Below are positions 23,027 to 34,660 of a stretch of 64,000 nt of DNA, piece by piece. Position 1 is the stretch's first letter. Each line of letters starts with the position of its first letter. Below the pieces are notes generated by a model. The model saw nothing but the letters and a program-made list of their open reading frames with translations. It ran no database searches and was not told the origin of the DNA. The position numbers and the translations under genes were made by a program. The DNA comes from Thalia democratica (lineage: Eukaryota), in the NCBI GenBank assembly GCA_965202585.1, contig OZ241830.1:20646001-20710000 (forward strand), read 5' to 3'.

Positions 23027-25127
23027 CAGGGGTCGGTAGGCAATTGGTGCTCGCAGGCCAAACTTTAAGTTTCAAATTCTTCGCAGGCAGCAGTTTTAGT
23101 TTTATCACATTTTAATAATTTAAAAGTTTTAGTTTTAGTGAAACACAATAAAAAATTTAAAAAAATTTTATTCAAGGTCTTACATATTAGAAAAGTTTTT
23201 TTATTTTTACTGATTTTATGAAATTAAATGACTTTTAGCTATACACAGAACTTTTTGTAAATTTTACATTTTAATTGAACTAAAACTTACTTTGATTAAC
23301 ATACTGAGTCTTAATAAATTCATTAACATTTTGAAAATGCAATAAATTTATTACTAGATGGTAACACTATTACAAAATACTAATGCTTTATTAACTAAAG
23401 AAAGACAAAAGCATGATTTATTTTAAACTTCTAATAGCTAATCAGTTCAAAACTGATTTTGTTTGTTTCATTTTAGTGAAAAAAATAAAACACCTAAATC
23501 TTAAAAAAAAAATTTCAAACTTATACGAGCTAGCCTATTTATACAAAGTTTAATAGAAGTCTCAGAATTTCCAAGTGTTTAGCAACACTAAAATTTATGA
23601 TTTTTACTAAATACTACACCCTTTAAACAGTTTAACAAAACAAAAGTTATTTTTACATAATGATACAGAAATAACAAAAAACTCTTAAAATGTTTTAACT
23701 ATAGAAATAAGTAGCTTATTTCTCAAATTTTATTATCATGTTCTACTGTGTATTCTGAGAAAGCTCGTTTTACTTATGAGGTAAAAATAGCATAAGTAAA
23801 GTTGTGAAAAAATGTTTTTTGTGCCATTTTTAACTCTTAGAATGAATATAAACACAAAAACAGGCAATTAATACTGTTTAGTATATATTTTTATTCTTAA
23901 TAAAATTAGTTCCGTAAACTTTTATTACAAAGCAAGGCATTTTTAAGTTTAGCGTCGTTCTATATATATTTTCAATATTTCATAAATTGTTTAAATTGCT
24001 AATTAAGTTTCAAAGGATCAGGGATAATAAAATACTTTGAAAAAAATTAGGCTTAAATGCAATTACCTTTAAAACCAGTGTGCGTTTTTTAAACTTAAAT
24101 GTAAAAAATTAATTCAATTATAACTTTAATTCATAGCACATTCATGACTTAATGGTTTACATATAACTTTAACCAAAACTATAAAATGAAAGTGACATAC
24201 ATAATATGCTTTGTTTACCACTCTCTAATGCAAAAAAGTCAGCCTGATTGTCGAAATATAGTCAGAGGTTTTAAAATTTTTAAAAAAATATTTTTGTTTT
24301 TCTCAGCATATGGGTTGTTTTGTCCCATACAGTTTGCTTTTGGGTGGTTTAAAATAAAAACTATTTCTGCCAAGATGAAAGTCTCTCCAAATCATAAAAA
24401 AAATTTAGACATATGTAGTGTTTTTGTGGTAGTTACCACTAAAAAAAAAAATCAAAGGTCACCGTATTACAGCACCTTAGTGTGCATAAGAATATATTTA
24501 AAGTGCATAGGAAAAAAAAACATTATAAAATAAAAAAGAAAAAAAAATATTTCATATATCTTTTTATTAAGACGTTTTAAATAATTCAACGTACTCTTAA
24601 ATACAATATAAAGTTGAAATTTTTTTAGAAGTTGTAGGTATAAATTATATGCTAAAAAAACACCTAAGTTTTAAAGAAATCAAGTTTTAGTTATTACTGT
24701 ACATTACTTATGTACAAAATAAAATACATTAGCATTTATTTAACTTGTTTAACATATGTTTCATAGTTAACTTACTGAATTGAAGTACTTTTAAACTTGT
24801 TTTTAGCTCACTTGCAAAAGAAAGTTATTAACTAATTTTAATAAAAAATTTGCAAATAAACCAGTCTGTCGTTTTCACCTTTTCAAGGCTAAGCAGTATA
24901 ACTTTTTAATAGCTTTTAAACTTGTTTCCATTACTTAATAGAAAAAATAATAAATTACAAAATAAAAATTAAAAGAGGTTTTTGTTCGGTTGGCCACATT
25001 TACACGGTCGCGGGCAGCAGATTAGTCTTTAACGGTCCATATTCCTTTCTGTAAACAATAATTTGCTCGCGGGCTTTACCTTTTTTTGGCCGCAGTTGGC
25101 CTGTGGGCCGCAGTTTGCCGACCCCTG
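23027..25127. mobile_element. Pair of facing hAT/Charlie-type ends, possibly one decayed 2.1-kb element
   Basis: Left CAGGGGTCGGTAGGC at 23027; right GTTTGCCGACCCCTG ending 25127 with GGCCGCAG sub-terminal repeats. Flanks (AGCAAAAA vs AACTATCA) do not form a TSD, so these may be two separate relics. A further decayed end of the same type lies at ~22910-22980. Confidence 0.5.
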
Positions 25128-26457
25128 AACTATCATTTAAAGGTGAAGAACGATTTTTTAATAGTTGAAAAACAAATTCTTCACTCCAATTTTTGCTTTC
25201 TTTCATAATTTCTTTGAAAGAACACTCTGATACAGAACCTATTTTCAGCATAAGATCAACATTTTTAATATTTATTTTTTTGAGCGTAATTTCAAAATGA
25301 AAAATATATTTGTTTGGTTGTAGTTTAAACCTCTGATAACAACAACTTTTTGCTTCCCCATTCTTTTGATTTCGATTGTAAATGTGTAGTCGAGGTATTT
25401 CATTATTAAATTTAACATTTTGCTTTTTTTTATCAGCAGTATATACATTTAATAAGATTTTTTCGGCTTCGTGACTGAATAAAGAAATATTTATCATAAA
25501 TGTGGACGCTTGTTTAATATCAACTTCGCAAGCATACTTAGCTTTAGAGTAGTACCTGTCATAACTAATCTGTTTTAAACTAGTATTAATTTTAAAAACT
25601 GATTTGTACATATTTTTTGAGCACAAAGAAATGATGGCTACTGCTCTTTTTTCAAGTTGATCTAGATTGATCCATAGTTCCCCTTTATTTAGATCTGCTC
25701 TTTCAGTAATTGATAGAGGCAAGTTTGTTTTAAAGTCAGCAAAATACTTTGGATATACACGTGGATCATAAAGCTTAACAGCTTTATGTTCTAAACTATA
25801 ATCCATAACAACATATCCATGTCCATTTTTATTACTTTCTGGTTTGTTAATAAGATCAGGTGATATTGAGAGTACAACAGAGCTTTGGTTATCTTTTTCA
25901 AACTTTATGAAATCTACAAAACTTTTTTTTTGGTCGTTTTCAAACAAAACATAGCTAATCATACAATCACTTAACAAGGAAAATACAAAACTTGCTTCAA
26001 TGCCTTCACTCAAGTCGTATTGATCAAAGCAAACTTCTTTAACAACAGCTTTTTCGAAAAAAGAAGCTAAATAAAATTTCTCATTTGCTGCAGATCTTGC
26101 ATACAATAAATTTATCTTATTATTAAAAGGGTTATATTGAAATGGTAACGTATCATTTATTGTGACAATTATTGGCATTCCTTTATAAAACATGTTAAAA
26201 TAAAGTTTCATACCTTTTTTTGTATGTTCAATCCTTGGAGCGATTTCAGATATAAATTCAGGTCGATTTGAAACAGCAGCTAGTACAGCTATCAACCCAC
26301 AGTTTCCTATTGAACCTTGCTCAAAGTCTGTTAATGACACATTTTCAAATGTAAGTTTTGCATATTTGTTAACTTTTGAGGCGCTTATAAACTTTATGTT
26401 ATACATCTCATGCCTTTCAGAAACTTTAAACTTATGTTGTAGGGTTAAAGTGTTCAT
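25000..26457 (-). CDS. Intronless calpain-like cysteine protease (Peptidase C2 core plus domain-III-like region), 485 aa
   Basis: Single ORF. DFEQGSIGNCG (Cys53), INDTLP, LYARS, FFEKA, NGHGY (His213), KLYDPR (Asp231 at the usual Asn position), KGELWINL, then a beta-rich region resembling calpain domain III. No EF-hand domain seen. The last ~42 codons overlap a hAT terminus. Confidence 0.92.
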   Translation of the reverse strand: MNTLTLQHKFKVSERHEMYNIKFISASKVNKYAKLTFENVSLTDFEQGSIGNCGLIAVLAAVSNRPEFISEIAPRIEHTKKGMKLYFNMFYKGMPIIVTINDTLPFQYNPFNNKINLLYARSAANEKFYLASFFEKAVVKEVCFDQYDLSEGIEASFVFSLLSDCMISYVLFENDQKKSFVDFIKFEKDNQSSVVLSISPDLINKPESNKNGHGYVVMDYSLEHKAVKLYDPRVYPKYFADFKTNLPLSITERADLNKGELWINLDQLEKRAVAIISLCSKNMYKSVFKINTSLKQISYDRYYSKAKYACEVDIKQASTFMINISLFSHEAEKILLNVYTADKKKQNVKFNNEIPRLHIYNRNQKNGEAKSCCYQRFKLQPNKYIFHFEITLKKINIKNVDLMLKIGSVSECSFKEIMKESKNWSEEFVFQLLKNRSSPLNDSSGVGKLRPTGQLRPKKGKAREQIIVYRKEYGPLKTNLLPATV

Positions 26458-26575
26458 ATTTTATTTAAAAAAAAGTTCTGAAAAGGTTTTAATACTTATT
26501 TGTTGTGTTATTTAGTAACAAGAACTTTATATATTAACCACATTGTATAAATTGTACCAGTATCTACTATTGCAT

Positions 26576-26718
26576 NNNNNNNNNNNNNNNNNNNNNNNNN
26601 NNNNNNNNNNNNNNNNNNNNNNNNNNNNNNNNNNNNNNNNNNNNNNNNNNNNNNNNNNNNNNNNNNNNNNNNNNNNNNNNNNNNNNNNNNNNNNNNNNNN
26701 NNNNNNNNNNNNNNNNNN
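26576..26718. other. Assembly gap (143 N)
   Basis: Run of N characters; the true length is unknown. Confidence 1.
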
Positions 26719-27716
26719 TAGCATTATTATCATTAAGTAAAAACAAGTTGTTTTACTAAAATTAGAGTTGTTAGAAAAAACTACTACAAAAGTCATCTTC
26801 TATTTACTTTAAGTAAAGGGACTTACTAAATTAAATTGTTAATTATAACTATTAAATAACAGAAGTTTTGTTATTATTAAAATACCTTTGTATCTTTTTG
26901 ATTATATCTCTTAGATAAAGCTTAAAAATAATTGACCATTTAAAAACAATAGAACATTTATTAGTGCTTAACTTAAATTTAGCTAATATATGCACAAACA
27001 TGTAATTCTTACATTGTTTTTTATAAGTTGAAAATATGATGAATCACATTGCTCAGAATAAGTTGCATTGTAAGTAGAATTTTTTTTTAGTATACTTAAA
27101 ATATAATTGATAAATTAAACATAAAGTTAATAACTAATATATTTCATACATAAAAATGTTAGCTCAAATTAAAAAATCAGTTAATAATAGTAAATTTAGA
27201 TTTTATTGTTAATTTTAGTTCACTGACACCAACTAAATAGAAAAGATCGTAATATTATGGTATGTGAACAGAACAGAAACAATAGCCTTTTGGTTACATA
27301 TATACAAACAAGAAATCACGGTCTTAAAAGTATATTAAAAATGGTTATCTAAATAGATTTGTTGAATACATAACTTAGAGATCTGTTATTAATAAAAACA
27401 AATGTAAAAATGTAAAAAGAAACTAGAAAAACTGGTAAAAATTATGTTGAAGATTTTAAAGACATAATTGATATAAGTAAAGTTTGTAATTAATTACCTA
27501 AGCAACAAATACAAGAAATTTCACGAATTGAAATCTGATGTAGATTACGGATATAATTGCCTTAAAATGCACACTTTTTTATTGTTAACTTATAATGAGA
27601 CTAATTAAGTTGTGTGTTGATTATGATTACTCATTCAGTTTCATTTGGATATTAAATTGTTCAAGTTTTTTATTAAACTGCCCTTTTATTAAGTATGAAT
27701 TACATGTTCATTACAA

Positions 27717-28090
27717 AAACTAGTCTGAGTAAGTTTTAGTTAGTCACTGTTGGTCTTATTTTATAAAATATTTTAAACTAGCCTGAATTAGCTTTAGTTA
27801 CTCAAATGCAAGTCTGATTTGTTAAAGTACTTCAAACTAGCGACTTTACATGAGTTAATCAAACACAAGTCTAACTCAATAAGTATTCCAAACTAGTCTG
27901 AGTTAGCTTGAGTTAACCAAATTCCAGTCTGATTTATTAAAACATTTTAAACTATCCTGAGTTTAAATTATTTAATCAAATGCCAGTCTAGATTGTTAAA
28001 ACGTTTCGAATTATCCTTAGTCAGCTTAAGCTACCCAAAAGCTAGTCTAATTTGTTAAAATACTTGAAACAAATCTGAGTTTGCCTAAGC
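27717..28090. repeat. Degenerate ~58-bp minisatellite, about 7 units
   Basis: AAACTAG(T/C)CTGAGT-like anchors recur at about 27717, 27776, 27834, 27891, 27949, 28008 and 28067, each followed by a CAAGTCT(G/A)ATTTGTTAAA-like segment. Confidence 0.75.
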
Positions 28091-28917
28091 GACTTTTCGG
28101 TGTTAATAGACAATTACTGTAGTTAGTTTTCTAAAACACTTTAAATTCTAAATAAAATTTAAACACAACTATTTGTCTTTAGGTGAAGAATATTTTTTTA
28201 AGTTTAAATAATATCTTTATTTACATAATTTTTAATGTCACTATAGTGAAAGTTAATAATTAACTATAAGTGCTTAAAAGTATCTTTAAAGATGAAGTAC
28301 CTTTAATTTTGAACTAGTTTTAGACTTAAAAAATAAGGAAGGAATGTCATGTTAGTTAGTAGTATATATTATAAATTAGTAATTAGTAAGTATATATTAC
28401 AGTTATATAATAGTAGAACATTTAAAATGATAAGGTTAGTTTATAATTAATCATAAAAATCGGAATTTTAAATTTAAAAGATTGTAAACAGAAAAAAGTT
28501 ATAATTTAACAGTATGCGGGATTGTGATTAAATTTGACCTTAAATGCAAATAAAAAAATTTCAAAAAACAAAAAATTTTTATAAAAAGTTTTAGTTATTA
28601 TTTGTAGCATCATCCTAATTTGTTTTCATATACTTGCATTTAAAAAATTTATAAGTTAGCTATTACTTTTATTTTATTAAACAAGCACTAATTAGTTTTA
28701 AAACTTGAATTACATTTTGTTTTATTTAATATTTCGTAATTATAAGAGCTGTTTTTAAGGTGTTCATTTGATATTTTTTGATTTTATATCTAATGCATAC
28801 AGTCTGGAAATTCAGTTTGAAATTCCACAAACAGTACTGTATTAACTACTTTTAAAAACTTAATTAGTGTTAGAGCAGTTAAGAAAATAAAATGCTTTAA
28901 ATATTTTGTTATGGTAG

Positions 28918-29269
28918 CAGGGTTGCCACTCGTTTTTACAATAATATTTTCCAGGTTTTTAAAAGTACACATCTTTTGGTCTATTTTGATTTAAAGTTAA
29001 GTTTAAGGTAAGAAACTGTGTTTAATAGTAAAAAATCATTGAAAAGATTTTGTAAAGATACTTAAAATATGCTTTCAAAAAAAAAATCTAATGATGTCAA
29101 ATTTTTTTTATTTATATGATAGATTTTTGGAGTCAAATCAAAATTTTACTACTAAACATGTGAAAATTGTTAAATTTTTAGGTTTTTAAATAATTTTGTT
29201 AAAAATTCCAGGTTTTTCCAGTTTTTTTTTTTCAAAATTTCCCAAACTCCAGGTAAAGTGGCAACCCTG
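28918..29269. mobile_element. hAT-like MITE, family H3
   Basis: Perfect 13-bp TIRs CAGGGTTGCCACT / AGTGGCAACCCTG. TGGTAG is duplicated on both flanks. Internal TCCAGGTTTT repeats. Confidence 0.85.
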
Positions 29270-30284
29270 TGGTAGTTAAACTACAAAAATCTGGGTCATA
29301 TTTATTTTATCAAGCAATCAAACAACCAAGCATTGTCTTTTTTTAATGAAACCTATAGTGTCTTAAACAAAGTAGGTTACACTTTTTGTTTTAAAACTAA
29401 AGCATTTTCTTACCACAAAAAAAAAAATTTCAAAATGAGTTCAAAAGTTTTTGCTTGAACGTAAACAAAAAACCTGTTTTAGATTGCTTTAAAATTGTAA
29501 ATTTTTATTTTTATTTTGTTAGAGTGTTTTGAGCTTTTCTTCATTAAAATTGGTTATTAAAACAAATAAAATTTTAAATAAATTCAAAAATATTTAAGAT
29601 TGTTTAAAGTTAATTATCAGACAAAATTTCAGATTAAAACTGAACTTCATTCTCAACTCACTAACTATAACTAAAAACCTCTAAAAACTAGAATATATAA
29701 ACAATTTGCATATTAAAAAAAAACTGACAGTACTAATTTGAGTTACATAAAATAACAAAAAAAGAGTTTAGAACATTATTTTTACACTTTACTTTTTCTA
29801 GTAATACAAAAAACATTTTTAGTTACCACTTACAACTTAAATCCCAAGTTATAAAATATTAGCATAATGTAGTTTTAAGCCAAAGCTAGTACTTTTATGG
29901 CTTAAATACAATTTGAAAATTAAAAAACTATACACTGTTTGTTAGATACATTTACACAAATACTTGTTAATTACAAAAACTACTTATAACTATCTTACTA
30001 AATTCCCTTTAACATCTTTTGTTTAGAAAAATCTTTTATGATAAAAACATTGTTAAAAACGAAAAGTATACTAAAGAAACAGTAAATTTTCTAAGGTTTT
30101 TTCATTGTCTGTATTTTAACCAAACATATTAACAATTAACCGAAAATAATGTTTAAATAATTTAAAAAAAAACGCAAAAATATTTTTTTTTTCTGCTTAC
30201 TTAGCTAACATCCAAATCAGACTGACCTCTAAGTGTACTAGCCATTAAAAACCATAGTTTATGTATAGTTTTAGGTATATACTA

Positions 30285-30560
30285 GGGGAATGGGTCACTT
30301 TTGCACGAGGGGACACTTTTACACGGCGTCACTTTTGCACGCAGGGTCACTTTTGCACGAGGGGACACTTTTGCACGGCGACTCTTTTGCACGGAGGGAC
30401 ACTTTTGCACGAGGGGACACTTTTGCACAGCGTCACTTTTGCACGAGGAGACACTTTTGCACGGCGACATTTTTACACGACAAAACTTTTTCACGACGTT
30501 ACATTTGCATGGCGATATTTTTGCAAAGCGTCACTTTCGCATGGCGTTCATTTTCACGTA
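30285..30560. repeat. F1 arm expanded into a 17-19 bp tandem array (CACTTTTGCACG core)
   Basis: Starts with the terminus GGGAATGGGTC, then roughly 15 units of (GA/GT)CACTTTTGCACG(A/G), decaying toward the 3' side. Confidence 0.85.
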
Positions 30561-31339
30561 TATACTATAAACTGCAAAAATGTTTAACAATCAGTCAATT
30601 TTGAACGGAGCTTAACTTTTGCACGTTTTAAATATTTTTTTTAGTCAACTTAAATAATATTAGCTTTTAAACGGAAGTTGTTTTAAATAAATAATGTGTG
30701 GTAGTATTTTAATGAAATAATAATGTAAAGTTTTTATTTGAAGTTTTATGTAAAACATTATAATAACGTACCACAATTCATTAATTTATATTATTTATCT
30801 TAATATAAGTAAACAAGATGAATCCACATTTTTTATTTTAAATAAAAACAATTTTGAATACATTAAATGGAAATACTCTGAAATTTGTTAATTTTTGAAC
30901 AGAAAGATTAACTTAATTTAGTAAGGCTTTAAGACACGAATTTTGAGTATTTTTTTACTTATATTCTCTTGATGTTAAAATAAGCATTATATAGTTGTTA
31001 GACAAATATCTTAAATTTATTTTAATTTTAAACAATTGTTAAATTAAAAAAAGAATTAGTTAGTTTATGAAGTGCAAAGGTATTTCAGATTTTACTTGAT
31101 GTTTAGTTTTATTTTTTGGTTTAGAGTGAGAATAAAAAAGCAATAAAATAGTGCATTTTTCATGAATTAAACTTGGATTATTTCATTACTATAATGTTGC
31201 ATAATCATTGTAAGCCAATGAGAGAGTAACATTTGGAAGTTTGAACTTGTGTTCATCAAAAGTATCAAGAGATGCTCACATCAGCATTGCATGATCATGA
31301 AATAAACCAATGAGAGCCTAACGTTAATGTCCTTGGAGG

Positions 31340-33050
31340 AGTAGGTGTCTAAATTGCGCGAGCGTACAAAATTGCACGAGGGGACAAAATTGCACGAAAA
31401 CACAAAATTACACGAAGATACTTTTGCACGAAGACTAATTTGCACGAGAGCACAAAATTGCTCAAAGATAAAATTGCACGTAGACAAAATTGCACGAAAG
31501 TTCACTTTTGCACGAGAGTATATTTTTGCACGAGCAGACAATAATGCACGCAGACAATTTTGCACGAAGGGTCATTTTTGCACGAGTGACAATTTTGCAC
31601 GGAGGGTCAATTTTGCACGGGTTTTGTTTCCTTCCCAGGGACGGGTCAAAATTGCACGTAGACATTTTTGCACGAGAAGACTCTTTTGCGTGAAGACAAT
31701 TTTGCACGAAAAAAAATTATAAAACTTTTTTTAAATAAAAAAGTCAGAATTAAAAAATTTAATAACTAAATAAAAATTAAATTTAAAAAAAATTAAGTAA
31801 AAAAATTTATATAAAAAATAACAAATAATAGAAAAATTAAAAACGAAAAATATTAAGTAAAAACAACAAATCAAAGAATAAATAAAATAAAAAGATAACT
31901 AAGTAAAAAATATATATATATAAAAAATTAAATAGAAAATAATAAAATAAATGTTAAATTTATTAAAATAAATAATAAAAAAGTCAGAATTTAAAAAATC
32001 AAATAACTAAATAACAAATAAATTTAAAAGAACAAATACGATATATAAAAATTAATAAATTAAATAATAAATACATATAAGTCCAATATAAAAGTATACA
32101 AAATTAATTAAAAAAAATAAAATAAATGAAATAAGTAATTAAATAAATTCAAAAGAAATAATAACAATTAAAAAAGTGAAAATGAATAAACTAAATAATT
32201 ATAAAAATCAATAAAAAAAAGATTATATAAATAAAAGTGAAAACTAGATTATAAAATTAGATTCTTACCTTTATTAAAGTGTAATTACCAAAACAAATTT
32301 TGTTTACATTAATATTATTTTTGTTAAAAATAGAAATAAACTAATTCTAGCTGTTGTAACATTTTGTTTGTTTCATTTTAATTAAATCATGTATTTCTTT
32401 TTCTTCTAAAAAAGTAAGAAGATAATAGCTTCAGACAGTGCTTTTTTTGCAAGTCTTGGTTAGATAAAGAAAAAACAAGCAGGAGAAACTTAAGAGCTAG
32501 TTAGAGTAAAACGCGTGCAAATAGTGATGCAACTAAGAAAAAGTTTAGAGTCTTTAGACAAACAGAAAATAATGATATATAAATTATGTTTATATTTTAA
32601 AAATCCTTAGATTTTGTAGATATAAAAACAAATCACAGAAAATTGGCAGACCTTGCCAGATTTCAATCAATAAATCTAAAAGTTTCAGTATTTTTCACTC
32701 TATAGTACCTAAACCTAAATTCTGTAGTAAAAAGAGTTCTTTTTTCTATTTTAAGAATTTGTATTTCGTATTTACTAAACATTTACAATTAAAAGAAAAT
32801 TAAAATATCTTATTGAAAACTTTTGTAAAAAAACAAAAAAAAATATTAAGTATAATTTATGGAAGTACACAGCCATAACCGAACTTTCTGCGCAATGAAC
32901 AACAAAAATTTCATCAGACGGATTTTCTCCTTTCTAAATTTATATAACTGTCTCACTACTTTGCATGCTCGTTAGATTGTGCAAAAGTATCTTCGTGCAA
33001 TTTTGTCCCCTCGTGCAATTTTCTACGCTCGTGCAATTTTAACACCTACC
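31340..33050. mobile_element. 1.7-kb F1-related composite element with ~60-bp TIRs
   Basis: Left GTAGGTGTCTAAATTGCGCGAGCGTACAAAATTGCACGAGGGGACAAAATTGCACG. Right end reverse-complements to GGTAGGTGTTAAAATTGCACGAGCGTAGAAAATTGCACGAGGGGACAAAATTGCACG. A second terminus GGGACGGGTC sits inside at ~31637, followed by a long A-rich tract. Confidence 0.75.
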
Positions 33051-33381
33051 AATGTAAATATTATTATTCTTTTTGTTTCATGTTGAAGTTTAGTATAATT
33101 TTAATTTAATTAAAGTTTACATCAATACAAATTTATTCTTAAATAAAGGTTATTTTTATTTTAAAAAAAGTTTTAGTTTAATTTTTATTAAAATATTTTG
33201 AATTTATATTAGTTTTCATACAAAATAATTTAATTTAAGTTTAAAAAAAAAGCTAAAAAAAAAAAAAAACATAAATAAATAAAACTAATTTAATATTGTT
33301 AAATTGAAATGAATTACACTAACACATGCTTATTATTTTTTTATAAAATATTTTTTTTTCATAAAATATAAAGGTTTCAAT

Positions 33382-33556
33382 TAGTGATGTACCGGACTCA
33401 CTATCCGGGTCCGGGTCCGGCCGGATATTGCCATTTTTGTCTGATATCCGGATCCGGCCGGATTCTAAATTGAAAAAAAAGTCCGGATCTGGTTCCGGCC
33501 GGATTCTAATTTGAAAAAAAAGTCCGAGTCCGGTTCCGGCCGGATTCTAATTTGTA
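33382..33556. mobile_element. Ac-type hAT MITE (family H4), one-ended copy
   Basis: TAGTGATGTACCGGACTCACTATCCGGGTCCGG start is identical to 34837; CCGG-rich ~40-bp sub-repeats; right TIR absent. Confidence 0.85.
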
Positions 33557-34474
33557 AAAAAGAGCATACTGAAAAGTATTTTTTCAAAAACAAACCCTGT
33601 GTAAATTAGTAAGAGTCATTTTCGTCAGTTAAAATTAAACACCTACCGTGATTGGCTCATTTTGTACACGTGACTAAATTCCATTTGTTTACATTTAAAC
33701 TATGAAATAAACATTTCATGAAATGCAACTCTTTACATATGTTGTAAAATTGAAAACTTTGAAATGAATACTTGCATTATTTATTGTTTAAAGTTGAGCT
33801 CAGTGAATATTTAGAGTTAACACGGTTGAATGTACGAGCCAATGAGAATCATATGACGAAATGTTTTAAACTAAATACTGATGCAACAAAACATCAGAAC
33901 ATGACAGGCAGTTTATATGTAAGCAGTTAGTTAGTTTGGTGTGTAGCTTGAAGCAACAAAATATCTTGAACGTTTTTGTGAATGCTTATTGTAATTAGTG
34001 TTTTGTTTTAAAAGTGAATATTTCAACAGGTGTTTAATTGTTTAAATATTTAAGCCAGGTTTATAGTTTAATAGATTATTAAAAATTTTACAGTTTCTTG
34101 TTTACTAAAAGTTTTATTTAACTTTTAGTTTTTTGTTTTAAGTCTTTTGATATAGATTTAAATAGCTTCCAGTTTTTAAAGTGTTACCAAAGTAATTAAT
34201 AATTTTGTATATGCTAGTATTTCTTGTTGTGTTTTATATAAAAGATTCATCACTTAAAACTATCGTGTCTGATTATAGAAAGTAGTCTCAGTTAGAATTT
34301 AGTATTTATTAGATATTAGTTAAATAAGGTAGGATTTAATCATGATGGGTAGTACTAATAAGTTAAGTGTACCACAATCAATCCACAACTTTACTACCAA
34401 ATTGTCAACCTTTGCTAGCTGTTCTACTGATTATTAGATTAAAGTAATTTTTTCAGTTTTTAAAAACCTCATTC

Positions 34475-34660
34475 TGACTCAGGCTTGTTTATACTCACTC
34501 TAGCTAGTTTTAATGACTTAAACAAAGGCAACTTTGCTAGTTTGAAAATTTTTGGGAATTTTAGAAAATCTTGGACTGCCTGCCTCAAGCTAGTTTAGTT
34601 TTTTGTAAAAACTCAGGCTAGTTTTCTTTTAGATTTTGAATGAGTTTGAGCTGATCCAGT
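34475..34660 (-). repeat. Reverse-orientation units related to the 58-bp minisatellite
   Basis: ACTCAGGCTAGTTT (reverse complement AAACTAGCCTGAGT) and related GCTAGTTT anchors. Confidence 0.55.

Noticed and set aside
24186-24533. 115-aa ORF between the hAT ends as a transposase
   Set aside because: No hAT catalytic or dimerisation motif recognisable; low-complexity AT-rich translation.
26527-26796. Two ORFs in the track
   Set aside because: They are open only because they cross the N gap.
27200-27570. Segments translating to KCKNV and CRLR, resembling the metalloprotease tail
   Set aside because: Motifs are out of order, separated by many stops, and short enough to be chance.
30261-30604. 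Four overlapping ORFs with repeated TFAR/HFCT/LLH motifs, and a CRISPR-like look
   Set aside because: They are translations of the 17-19 bp TTGCACG tandem array. There are no unique 30-40 bp spacers, no cas genes, and the context is eukaryotic.
31281-31722. Four overlapping ORFs on both strands
   Set aside because: Same repeat-derived artefact in the left arm of the 31340-33050 element.
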